Sequence record: DRR723986_1873
Direction: 5' to 3' (one strand)
Length of the DNA stretch: 64,000 nucleotides
Shown piece after piece: positions 11,071 through 20,440 of this stretch; within the stretch, counting starts at the first letter, position 1; the number at the start of each line of letters is the position of its first letter. The translations under genes and the position numbers were made by a program. A model generated the notes under the pieces. That model searched no databases. It was given only the letters and a program-made list of their open reading frames with translations, and was not told where the DNA came from.

Positions 11071-12780
11071 TCAGCCGCCCTGCCCGGCCAGCTGGGCGGC
11101 ATAATCGGCCTTCAGCTGACGCTTGAAAATCTTGCCCGAAGCAATGCGGGGCAGCTGCTCCTGGCGAATAAACACGTGCTCGGGAATCTTGAACCCCGCC
11201 AGGTGCTCGGCGAGATAGGCCCGCAAGGTATCCGCATCCAGGTCCATCCCGTCACGAAGGACGATGGCCGCGCCGACACTTTCACCGAGCCGTTCATCCG
11301 GCAGGCCAAAAACCGCTGCCTCGTGCACCGACGGATGCGTATAGATCGCCGCCTCCACCTCGATACAGCTGATATTCTCGCCGCCGCGAATAATAATCTC
11401 CTTGATCCGGTCGACGATATACAGGAAGCCGTCCTCGTCTATATAGCCGACGTCCCCGGTGTGGAACCAGCCGTCGCGAAACGCCTCGGCAGTTGCCTCC
11501 GGTTTGTTCCAATAACCCAGTACATTGGCCGGCGACTTCATGCAGACCTCACCGCGCTCGCCGGTGGGCAACTCCCGATCCTCGCTATCGACAACGCGAA
11601 AATCAGTGACTGCCGGGACAGCGCGGCCGGTACTGTGTGGGTTGGCCACATAAAAGGCACCGCTGTTGACCGCACCCAGGGCGTTAGTCTCGGTCAGGCC
11701 GTAGCCAATCCCGGGAGCCGACTTACGGAAAGTGCCGGCGATCTTGCTGACCTGGTCGGGCGGGCGCGCAGCGCCGCCGGAAAACACCTCGGCCAGCGAG
11801 GAGATATCCCGGTCACTGTTCTGGGCCGCCGCCTGCAGCTCCGCAGACATGGTGGGCACGCCGGTAAACCAGGTGATGCGCTCCTGCTCAATCAGGCGCA
11901 ACGCCTCTTCGGCATCCCACTTGTACATGATGACCAGTTTACGGCCGACGATGACCGACAACATGAACGCAGAATGACTCGCAGTGCAGTGGAACAGGGG
12001 CACTGTCAGCAGGCCCGCGGGCGGAAACTTGTTGGCACCGGGCTCCGGCGGGTTGAGCATCTTGGTCGCGGTACCCATCAGCATCCAGCTGTACAGGGCC
12101 GCGAGGATACCGCGATGGGACGACAGGGCGCCCTTGGGATGGCCCGTGGACCCGGAGGTGTACATGATGGTGGCGTAGTCATCGGGTGCCACATCGACTG
12201 CCGGCATCTCGCGGCCACTGTAACGCTCCAGCAAATCGGCAAACGGGGTGGACGGCACAGCCAGGGCGCTGCAATCGTCGATGGCAACCAGTTGCAGGTC
12301 GAACTTCGTCGCCAGGGGCACCAGCCGCTCCATCCGCTGGCGATCGGCAATCACCAGCTTGCTGCCGCTGTCTTCAATGCCGTAATCAAGCTCTTCGGTG
12401 GTCCACCAGGCATTCATCGGCACTGCCACCGCACCGATGGATAACAGGGCAACAAAGCTCATCATCCACTGGGGGTTGTTGCGGCTTAGAATAGCGACCC
12501 GGTCGCCCTTGCGCACCCCGTAGTGCTCCACCAGGGCGGTCGCCAGCTCCGCCGCATGCTGGTATCCCTCGGCAAAGGTGTAGCGTTCGTCCTGGTATAC
12601 CGCCCAGTCCTTGGCTGCGTGCTGCAGCATGAAGCGAAAGTAGGCGCCGAGATTGTCCGGGGCCGTCGCATAGTTGCGATAGGCAATCCCATCGACCTCG
12701 ACGGTATTCAGCTCGAACGGCTGGCCGGGACCGGTGAGGCCGGCCACGGTATCATCAAATGCTGCAAGTTCCGGATTCAA
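11071..12780 (-). CDS. Acyl-CoA ligase (class I adenylate-forming enzyme)
   Basis: YTSGSTGHPKG, GYGLTE and WFHTGD motifs; TTG start at 12780 chosen for its AGGA RBS (ORF extends to 12822). Confidence 0.92.
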   Translation of the reverse strand: MNPELAAFDDTVAGLTGPGQPFELNTVEVDGIAYRNYATAPDNLGAYFRFMLQHAAKDWAVYQDERYTFAEGYQHAAELATALVEHYGVRKGDRVAILSRNNPQWMMSFVALLSIGAVAVPMNAWWTTEELDYGIEDSGSKLVIADRQRMERLVPLATKFDLQLVAIDDCSALAVPSTPFADLLERYSGREMPAVDVAPDDYATIMYTSGSTGHPKGALSSHRGILAALYSWMLMGTATKMLNPPEPGANKFPPAGLLTVPLFHCTASHSAFMLSVIVGRKLVIMYKWDAEEALRLIEQERITWFTGVPTMSAELQAAAQNSDRDISSLAEVFSGGAARPPDQVSKIAGTFRKSAPGIGYGLTETNALGAVNSGAFYVANPHSTGRAVPAVTDFRVVDSEDRELPTGERGEVCMKSPANVLGYWNKPEATAEAFRDGWFHTGDVGYIDEDGFLYIVDRIKEIIIRGGENISCIEVEAAIYTHPSVHEAAVFGLPDERLGESVGAAIVLRDGMDLDADTLRAYLAEHLAGFKIPEHVFIRQEQLPRIASGKIFKRQLKADYAAQLAGQGG

Positions 12781-12811
12781 ACTGCTAGTCCTGTATTGCC
12801 GGGGACGGTGG

Positions 12812-13951
12812 CTAGAAGCCACTCAACTGCGCGTAACGGTCAAGATGATAGTTGTAGTCGCCCAGCGTGTGTTGGGCAAGCCGCGCCCGCTTGATGAAGA
12901 ACCCGATCTCGTGCTCGTCGGTCATGCCGATGCCGCCGTGCATCTGGATGCCCTCGTTAGTGGCGCGCTGCGCAACCTCGCACAGCTTGGCCTTGGCGGC
13001 GCTGGCCAGCAGCGACAGATCGTCCGCGTTGGCATCGGCGGCCTGCAGGGCACGCAGCACGATGGAGCGCGACAGTTCGAGTTCCGCGAACAGCTCCGCC
13101 GCACGGTGCTGCAAGCCCTGGAAGGACCCGATCACGCGGTTAAACTGCTTGCGCTCTTTCAGGTAGGCCACTGTCCGCTCGAAGGCCTCGCTGGCAATAC
13201 CCAGCAATTCAGCGGCAAGGCCGATATTGGCGATGTCCAGAGTACGGTTCAGGCCGTCCCAGGCCGCGCCCTCTTCACCCATCAAGGCCGACGCGGGTAC
13301 GTGCACCGCCTGCAGGTGCAGGACACCAGCGCTGCGGCTGTCTACCAGACTGCGGCGTTCAACCGAGAGTCCGGCCGTGTCCGCCGGAACCAGGAATGCA
13401 CTGAGGCCATGTTCGTTGCCGGGGCTGCCGGCGGTACGGGCGATCACCACGAAGGTATCGGCGCTGCCGGCATCCAGGACCAGGGTCTTGCTGCCGTCGA
13501 GCATATAGCCCCCATCGCTGGCCACCGCCTTGCAGGCAACCTGGGTCGGCGCATGGTGTGGCCCCTCCTGCAGGGCCAGGGTAACCACTGTCTCACCGGC
13601 GGCAATGGCCGGCAGCAGGGCTTCCTTCTGGGCGGTCGTGCCCAACTCGCTGATAGCCGTCGCGGCCAGCAATACCGTGGACTCCAGTGGCGACGAGGTC
13701 AGGTTGCGCCCGACCTGCTCCAGCACCAGGCCGAGGCCCGTGTAACCGTAGCCAAGCCCGCCGAATTCCTCCGGAATCGCAATACCGGCCCAGCCCATCT
13801 CGGCCATTTCCCGCCATATCGCGGGGTCATAGCCAGTCTCGTCCCCGCTGTCACGCAGGGCACGCAGTTGTGCCACCGTGGCCTTCTCGGCGAGAAAACC
13901 GGCGGCCGCATCCTTGAGCATGACCTGCTCTTCATTCAATACCAGTGCCAT
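12812..13951 (-). CDS. Acyl-CoA dehydrogenase, PimD-like partner subunit
   Basis: ERKQFNRVIGSFQGLQH and QMHGGIGMT motifs; ATG at 13951 after AAGGA. Confidence 0.9.
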   Translation of the reverse strand: MALVLNEEQVMLKDAAAGFLAEKATVAQLRALRDSGDETGYDPAIWREMAEMGWAGIAIPEEFGGLGYGYTGLGLVLEQVGRNLTSSPLESTVLLAATAISELGTTAQKEALLPAIAAGETVVTLALQEGPHHAPTQVACKAVASDGGYMLDGSKTLVLDAGSADTFVVIARTAGSPGNEHGLSAFLVPADTAGLSVERRSLVDSRSAGVLHLQAVHVPASALMGEEGAAWDGLNRTLDIANIGLAAELLGIASEAFERTVAYLKERKQFNRVIGSFQGLQHRAAELFAELELSRSIVLRALQAADANADDLSLLASAAKAKLCEVAQRATNEGIQMHGGIGMTDEHEIGFFIKRARLAQHTLGDYNYHLDRYAQLSGF

Positions 13952-13973
13952 CGTCGTGTCCTTTTTACTCAAT

Positions 13974-15155
13974 TCAGGCGTCCGGGAGACCCAGTACGCG
14001 CTTGGCAACAATGTTCAATTGCACCTCGGTGGTGCCGCCTTCGATGGAATTCGCCTTCGAACGCAGCCAGTCGCGGGCCACCTGGCCCTCCCGGTAAACC
14101 TCACCTTCCCAGCCCAGGGCGGACTCGCCGCCGACCGCGAGGTTAAGTTCATTGCGCCGCTTGTTCAGTTCGGTGCCGTAGTACTTGAAGATGGAGGATG
14201 CCGCACCCAGGCCCTGGCCAGCTTTCATCTCGTCACCGACCCGCGCCATGGTGGCACCGAAAGCCAGGGTGTCGAGCTGGTACTGGGCTATGGTATGCCG
14301 CAGGATGCCATTGGCCATGCGACCTTCCGCATCGCGGCCGTAGGTTTCGGCGGCGACGTCGCCCAGCGACCGTTTGGGCGCAGCGCCAAAACTGGAAATC
14401 ATCTCCCGCTCGTGGGTCAGCAGGTACTTGGCGATGGTCCAGCCCTTGCCCTCCTCTCCTACCAGGTTGCGCTTTTCGGCCCGGGCATCGTCGAAGAAGG
14501 TTTCGCAAAACGGCGAGGAGCCGCTGATGAGTTTGATCGGCCGGGCAGTGACGCCGGGCTGGTCCATGTCGAACAAGACAAAGCTGATGCCTTCATGCTT
14601 GCTGCCGGTGTTGTCAGTGCGCACCAGGCAGAAGATCCAGTCAGCCTTGTCAGCGTAGGAGGTCCACACCTTCTGGCCGTTGATCAGGTAGTGATCGCCC
14701 TTATCGTCCGCACGGGTTTGCAGGCTGGCCAGGTCGGAACCGGCGTTGGGTTCAGAGTAACCCTGGCACCAGCGGATCTCGCCGCGACAAATCGGCGGCA
14801 GGTGCTCCTGCTTCTGTTCCTCGTTACCGAACTCCAACAGGGCCGGGCCCAGCATTGAGATACCGAAACTGTCCAGGGGACGGCGCGCGCCGATGCGGCC
14901 CATTTCCTCCTGCAGTACCTTTACCTCGGCCTTATCAAGGCCGCCGCCACCGTATTCCCGGGGCCAGTGGGGCACAGTCCAACCGCGTTCGGCCATGCGA
15001 TCACACCACACTTTCTGGTCGGGATGATCGATCTCAGGCTTGCGGCCACCGGTAAAGAGTTCATCGAAACCGCGCACCGGTTGGCGCATGGATTGGGGGC
15101 AGTTCTCTTCCAGCCAGGCGCGTGTCTCCTGGCGGAATTGCTCGAGGTCACTCAC
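13974..15155 (-). CDS. Acyl-CoA dehydrogenase, PimC-like subunit
   Basis: WCQGYSEPNAGSDLASL, NGQKVWTS and SIEGGTTEVQ motifs. Confidence 0.92.
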   Translation of the reverse strand: MSDLEQFRQETRAWLEENCPQSMRQPVRGFDELFTGGRKPEIDHPDQKVWCDRMAERGWTVPHWPREYGGGGLDKAEVKVLQEEMGRIGARRPLDSFGISMLGPALLEFGNEEQKQEHLPPICRGEIRWCQGYSEPNAGSDLASLQTRADDKGDHYLINGQKVWTSYADKADWIFCLVRTDNTGSKHEGISFVLFDMDQPGVTARPIKLISGSSPFCETFFDDARAEKRNLVGEEGKGWTIAKYLLTHEREMISSFGAAPKRSLGDVAAETYGRDAEGRMANGILRHTIAQYQLDTLAFGATMARVGDEMKAGQGLGAASSIFKYYGTELNKRRNELNLAVGGESALGWEGEVYREGQVARDWLRSKANSIEGGTTEVQLNIVAKRVLGLPDA

Positions 15156-15277
15156 GGAAAGTCCTCTTCAGGTTGTAGGTTGTCGGCGGCAGAACATACT
15201 GCGCAGGCCGGGGCATTCATGGAACCCGTTTTACCGCCCGCATTACCTGAGGGCCGGGGTCTCGCCACGGGAATTTG

Positions 15278-15306
15278 AACTTACAGTATGTTTTTACAAC
15301 TTTCAA
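15278..15306 (-). promoter_or_regulatory. Putative sigma70 promoter for the acyl-CoA dehydrogenase operon
   Basis: TTGAAA-17 nt-TAAGTT on the minus strand within an AT-rich patch. Confidence 0.5.
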
Positions 15307-15364
15307 GTATATTTGAGCCGACAAGACCCGCTCGCCGTCGGCCGCCGCTAAAAACCGCCGGCAT

Positions 15365-15388
15365 AAAAAACCCCGCTTGCGCGGGGCT
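15365..15388 (-). terminator. Intrinsic terminator after the TonB-dependent receptor
   Basis: CCCCGC-GCAA-GCGGGG-TTTTTT on the minus strand. Confidence 0.85.
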
Positions 15389-15406
15389 TCTCACCTGCTC
15401 CAATCC

Positions 15407-17641
15407 TTAGAATTCGAGCTTCACGTCCACACCGTACATAACCGGCATGTTGTACTGGAACCCGAAGTTGGAGAGGTTGTAAACGACCTCTTCTTCGTCG
15501 GTCAGGTTCTTGCCCCAGGCCGCAACGGTCAGGAAGGTTCCGCCGAGCTGGACGTTGGACCAGGCAAGACGAGCACCCAGCAGGCCCAATGACTCCACCG
15601 GCAAGCCCTGGCCGGACTGGGAGTAGAGCTCATCCCGCCAGCTGTAGTTGAGGTGGAAGTCGAGGCTGGAGTCCCCCGCCAGCGGCAGGCTGTAGTCGAA
15701 GGAGGCAGCCAGGGCATTCTCCGGCGCAAACGGGACGAAGGTGTTGTCGGTGATGTCCTGGCCGCGCAGGTCCACGGCGCTCGCTGGCGGTCCGGACAGC
15801 AGGAAGCTGTTGTCCGGCACCACCACGCCGCTCAGCTCCGAATCCAGGTAGGTGTAGTTAAGGGTGACCGTGGCGTTATCGGTAACGGCGGCGATCACAT
15901 CCAGTTCGAAGCCATCGACCGAGGCCTCACCCGCGTTCACATTTTCGACGTAGGACGCGAAGATCGGCGGCTGGCCACTGATCGTGAGGATCAGGTTGTC
16001 GTAGTCAGTGAAGAACAGGGCACCGTTGACCCGGAGCCGGTTGCCGAACAGTTCTGACTTCAAACCGACCTCATAGCTTACGTTGTCTTCCTCGTCGAAG
16101 GTCAGGCCGAAGTCCAGGGTGCGCTCGCCCGAGCCGCCCGCCCGATAGCCGGTCGCCGTGCGGAAGTAGGCGCTGACATCATCGGTGAAGGCATAGTCCA
16201 GCACGAAGGTATAGTCGGTGCGGTCATAGTCCAGGCTGTTGCTGCCGGGGAAGAACTGGATCGAGGGGTTGTCGGCACCCAGACCGCGGCTGGCTTCCCG
16301 CTCGTCTTCGGTGTAGCGCAGGCCCAGCGTGATATCCAGGCGGGAATCGAGGATATCCGGGGTAAAGGTCGCCTGGGCAAACAGGGCCTGGGATTCCAGC
16401 TCGGTATCGATGGTGTGGATGCCGAGGTTATTCCCACCGAGCAGGATGGACTGGGAGGCAAGCGGTTCGGCAAGCGCATCGAAGGAAGAACTGGGGGCGT
16501 TGGTGAACTGCTCTTCCGCCTTCTGGCCGGTCTCGTCAAAGTAGTAATACCCGAAGATATACGACAGCCGATCATCAAATGCGCTGCCCAGCAGCTGGAA
16601 CTCCTGGCTGAACGCCTCGGTTTCCCAATCAAGGGCGGTGGCGAAGAACAGGGTATCGGACCAGTTCTGGATCGCCAGTTCCTGCATTTCACGGTAACCG
16701 GTGATCGACTTGATGCTGAGCGAGTCGGAAATCGCCCAGTTGACCGTCAGGTTGTGTCCGGACTGTTCGGTATTGCTCTCAGGCAGGACGTACTTGTAGG
16801 GCGCACCGCCGAGAAACAGGTGGCTGGTCTTTTCCTGGCGCTTGCTCGCGTCCTGCTGGTAGTAGGGTGCCGTGCTATCCACCTCGGACCAGTCGTAGCT
16901 GTAATCCACGGTCAGGCTGTCCAGAGCATCCCAGGCAACCGCCAGGCGATAGCCTTCCTGCTCGTTCTGGTAGAAGTCCTCGGCGGGCTGGCCAACCACC
17001 GGATTGGGTCCCTTGTTTTCGACCCAGCCATCGATCGCCGAGGTATCGTAGGTCGCTTTCACCCGCAAGGAAGGCGCGATGGGGAAGTCGGCAGTGATGC
17101 CGGCGTTCCAGGCGCCGTAATCGCCTACCCCGGCCTTGATCTTGGCCTGGAATTCCTCTGCCGGACGCTTGGTGATAAAGCTGATTGCGCCAGCCGACGA
17201 GTTGCGCCCGAACAGGGTGCCCTGGGGGCCGCGCAGGATCTCGACCCGCTCCAGGTCGAGGACATTGAGGATCGCACCGGATGTACGTGCTACGTAAACC
17301 CCGTCGATGTAGAGGCCGACGGGATTATCAATAGTCAGGGTCTGGGAATCCGTGTTGCCGAAGCCCCGCAGGAACAGCGAGATATTACTGGTCGAAGTTG
17401 GGAAGTCGTAAAACTGCAGGCTGGGCGCCTGCAGCGATAGTTCCTGCAGGGAATCGATGCCCTGGTTTTCCAGCATCTCCTCGCTGTAGGCCGCGACCGA
17501 CAGGGGCGTGTCCTGCAGCGACTCAACCCGCTTCTGTGCGGTGACGATCACCTCTTCCAATTGTTGCGCACCGACGGCCGGCGCCTGGGTAACAGCTACA
17601 GCTACAGCCAATGACAGAATACTGCGATGAATGCGTGACAT
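15407..17641 (-). CDS. TonB-dependent outer-membrane receptor
   Basis: Signal peptide, LEEVIVTAQKR TonB box, ERVEILRGPQGTLFGRN plug motif, C-terminal Phe. Confidence 0.95.
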   Translation of the reverse strand: MSRIHRSILSLAVAVAVTQAPAVGAQQLEEVIVTAQKRVESLQDTPLSVAAYSEEMLENQGIDSLQELSLQAPSLQFYDFPTSTSNISLFLRGFGNTDSQTLTIDNPVGLYIDGVYVARTSGAILNVLDLERVEILRGPQGTLFGRNSSAGAISFITKRPAEEFQAKIKAGVGDYGAWNAGITADFPIAPSLRVKATYDTSAIDGWVENKGPNPVVGQPAEDFYQNEQEGYRLAVAWDALDSLTVDYSYDWSEVDSTAPYYQQDASKRQEKTSHLFLGGAPYKYVLPESNTEQSGHNLTVNWAISDSLSIKSITGYREMQELAIQNWSDTLFFATALDWETEAFSQEFQLLGSAFDDRLSYIFGYYYFDETGQKAEEQFTNAPSSSFDALAEPLASQSILLGGNNLGIHTIDTELESQALFAQATFTPDILDSRLDITLGLRYTEDEREASRGLGADNPSIQFFPGSNSLDYDRTDYTFVLDYAFTDDVSAYFRTATGYRAGGSGERTLDFGLTFDEEDNVSYEVGLKSELFGNRLRVNGALFFTDYDNLILTISGQPPIFASYVENVNAGEASVDGFELDVIAAVTDNATVTLNYTYLDSELSGVVVPDNSFLLSGPPASAVDLRGQDITDNTFVPFAPENALAASFDYSLPLAGDSSLDFHLNYSWRDELYSQSGQGLPVESLGLLGARLAWSNVQLGGTFLTVAAWGKNLTDEEEVVYNLSNFGFQYNMPVMYGVDVKLEF

Positions 17642-17922
17642 GGTGTGTCTCCTTGCGAGTATTGGCGATCACACCACTCCCGCGGTGACGCCGCCATTTA
17701 TCGTTGTTAGCTGAATATATACCCAATGCCGCGAAAGGCCCGAAGGTACTATTCACACTTATTTCAATGCGGTCACTAACATAACGCCCTTTCCGACCGG
17801 GTGACATTTGCCGGCCGTGAATCCTGACCGCAATATCAATAGTTGTACCAGCGATTGGACAAAGCGCCGGGCACTCAGCCAATTCTGCGTAGCTGACGAG
17901 ACTGACCGAAGGGCCAGGTCCG

Positions 17923-19176
17923 CTACACCTCGTCGGGCACCCGATAGCGCGCCTGGTAGGCTCGAAAATGCGGTCGCTCCACCGCACGCCGCGCATCGAC
18001 CTGGTAGTCGTGCCGGCCAAACTTACCCCGGGGCTTCGACGCCAGATAGGCGGACATGGCGGCGCGCGCGGGATCGCCGAGGGTCATGCCGAAGTGGCCA
18101 TAGATCGCGGCAATACAGGCCAGCGGATCGTCCATCAGATCCTGGAAACGTGAATCGGCGATGTTGGCCTCGGGGACGACTCCTGCGTCGCGCTGCTGCA
18201 TAACGTGCTCGAGGCGCTGCGCTGTCGCCTCGCCCATGGTGAAGCTCTCGAACTGGCTCGCATTGAACGGCTGGTCACTGCGCATCCGGTACAAGGTGCC
18301 CATCAGGCTGGTGGCGGACGCCATGCACTTCAGCGGATCACGGTGGGTCTGCACAATGCGGGCGTCCGGGTAGACCTCAAGCAGGGTATCCAGGTGCACC
18401 TGGTGTTCGGGCGCTTTCAGCAGCCAGCGCCGGCGCGGGTTTTTCCATTGCAGTATCTGCAGCACCGTGCGGTGATACTCGTAGACCGCGCGGTAGTCAG
18501 CGCCCGCACACCAGGCGCTGTAGCTCGGGGTCTGCTGCAGGGAGGCGATGTGGTCACTGATAAACGTGCCGGCCATCAGCAGCCCGCACTCTGCCGGTAT
18601 GTCACCGCGCATCTCATGCATCGCGGCAAACTCCGGGGCCACCCGGCTCCACTGGGTGAACAGGTCGTGAGCCCGGGCAATACGTGGGTCGCTTGCGTAA
18701 CTTGCGGCCTCCGGCGGTGGGCAGGGCTGCAAGGCCTCCCACATCAGGGGAACGCCGACGTCCGGGTCCTGGGCCAGCAGCTCAAACAGGATGGAGGTAC
18801 CGGAGCGAGGCAGGCCTACCACGAACATGGGGGCTTCGATACGTTCCTCCCGGATTTCCGGGTGCCGCTTGAGGGTATCGACCACCTGCAGGCGACCGGC
18901 CAGCCAGAGCACGATATCGCTGCGCGTCATCAGTCGCCCCATCAAGGTCAGCTCGGCCTCCTCTTCCAGTGCCTGCAGCAGGACCCGGAACGGCTCCCGC
19001 CACCCGTCGTCACCGAAGTCTTCCACCCCCGCGACGCGGCAGGCCTGGTCAAGCAGGGACTGCTCATCCAGGGGCACCACCGCGGGCAGATCGAAGCAGC
19101 GCCCCTCGCGGTTGACCGTTAGCAGCCACTCCGGCTGCGGCGGCGGATTCCAGCTCAGTTGGTCACCCTTGTCCAT
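17923..19176 (-). CDS. PAPS-dependent sulfotransferase family protein
   Basis: 5'-PSB loop VGLPRSGTS, LKAPEH and 3'-PB QTHRDP..S; ATG at 19176. Confidence 0.88.
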   Translation of the reverse strand: MDKGDQLSWNPPPQPEWLLTVNREGRCFDLPAVVPLDEQSLLDQACRVAGVEDFGDDGWREPFRVLLQALEEEAELTLMGRLMTRSDIVLWLAGRLQVVDTLKRHPEIREERIEAPMFVVGLPRSGTSILFELLAQDPDVGVPLMWEALQPCPPPEAASYASDPRIARAHDLFTQWSRVAPEFAAMHEMRGDIPAECGLLMAGTFISDHIASLQQTPSYSAWCAGADYRAVYEYHRTVLQILQWKNPRRRWLLKAPEHQVHLDTLLEVYPDARIVQTHRDPLKCMASATSLMGTLYRMRSDQPFNASQFESFTMGEATAQRLEHVMQQRDAGVVPEANIADSRFQDLMDDPLACIAAIYGHFGMTLGDPARAAMSAYLASKPRGKFGRHDYQVDARRAVERPHFRAYQARYRVPDEV

Positions 19177-19189
19177 TCCCGCACCCCCG

Positions 19190-20377
19190 TCAGTAGCCAA
19201 AGCGGTGAAGCACACCGCGCCGGCGCGCATCCATCTGGGCCTGCCGCGATGCGCTATCAATCCGCCTGGTAGTCGCCGGCAGTGCCCCGGCCAGCTGGTC
19301 CAGCTTGAGCTGGGTGCACTGGGGCACGGGGTAGTGGTCCGCGCCGATCCAGCGGAAGGTCACATAGCCCTCGACATGCCCGGACGGGTCAAGCCAGTTC
19401 GGGTAACCCGGATCCCGGTGTGCCACCACCAGCAACAGCTCGCCATCATCTTCCAGCACCGCGTGGTGGCAGTTGGTGCTGCACAGCCGATAGCGATAGT
19501 CCATGGTCTCCCACCAGTAATTGCCGAACTCGACCGACCAGTAGTCCGCTTGCGGCGGCGTGACCCGGATCAGCAGCACCTCGTCCTCGGGCAGCTGCCA
19601 GTAGCAGATCAGCGGCTCCCCGCCAGGGGTTGCATCAATCGCGTTGTCGTCCAACTGGCGGTAGGACAGGAAACGGTTGGGCTGGACCTGCCACTTATCC
19701 AGCATATTTGCCCAGTACGCTGTGGACTCGGTCACCCAGGCTGCGGTGTCGCGTAAGCCCTGCCCCACCGCCTGCGGGGTAAGCCGGGGGTCGTGTACGA
19801 GGTCCCCGAGCCGGTCGATGCGGGCCACCATAGGCTGCTCGCCCTCCCAGTCGGCAAAGAACTGGCGGATGGTCACCCGCCAGCTTCCCGGAGTGGTCTG
19901 GATCCAGTTACCCGGATGCGGGTCGGGGCTCAGGATCACTTCGAAACTGCCGTCATCGTCGACCGCGATATCGCGGTCGATCAGGTTGCCCGCCACGCCG
20001 CCACCCCAGGGCGTATTGCCGTCCTCCACGACGGTGACGGCGAAAAAGCGCGCACTGCCACGCTTGCCGCTGATCCGGTAAGTGTGGCTGCCGTTGATCG
20101 GCGCGCCGACATACAGTGCGTCGGTATTGTCACCGCCCTGCTTGCGAATCGGGTCGAAGTAGTGGAGCAGTTCGGGAAAGTCAGGGTCGGCGTTTTCCAG
20201 CTGGAACTGCAGGCCAAGGGCAATATTGCGCGCCAGCAGCCGGAAGCCCTTGGCGCGGTCGATGTCCTGCGCCGGGGTGGTGTCGCGGAACACCAACTCT
20301 CCGGCCGCCTTCAGCTGGTCGCAAAAGGCCGCCCAATCGGCCTTCAGCTGTGGGTCATTCGGATTATCCCCAAACAT
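19190..20377 (-). CDS. DUF1214-like protein of unknown function
   Basis: GGDNTDALY, YRISGKRG, IRQFFADW and VVAHRDPG..NWLD resemble the sulfotransferase-associated family; ATG at 20377 after GAGG. Confidence 0.65.
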   Translation of the reverse strand: MFGDNPNDPQLKADWAAFCDQLKAAGELVFRDTTPAQDIDRAKGFRLLARNIALGLQFQLENADPDFPELLHYFDPIRKQGGDNTDALYVGAPINGSHTYRISGKRGSARFFAVTVVEDGNTPWGGGVAGNLIDRDIAVDDDGSFEVILSPDPHPGNWIQTTPGSWRVTIRQFFADWEGEQPMVARIDRLGDLVHDPRLTPQAVGQGLRDTAAWVTESTAYWANMLDKWQVQPNRFLSYRQLDDNAIDATPGGEPLICYWQLPEDEVLLIRVTPPQADYWSVEFGNYWWETMDYRYRLCSTNCHHAVLEDDGELLLVVAHRDPGYPNWLDPSGHVEGYVTFRWIGADHYPVPQCTQLKLDQLAGALPATTRRIDSASRQAQMDARRRGVLHRFGY

Positions 20378-20440
20378 GGTCCGCGCCTCATTCTGCCTGT
20401 CCAACGCGTCATTGTAGGCAGATCACGGGCCATCCAACCA

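Noticed and set aside
17642-17922. Possible cobalamin riboswitch or Fur box upstream of the TonB receptor
   Set aside because: No B12-box or GATAATGAT-like consensus recognised
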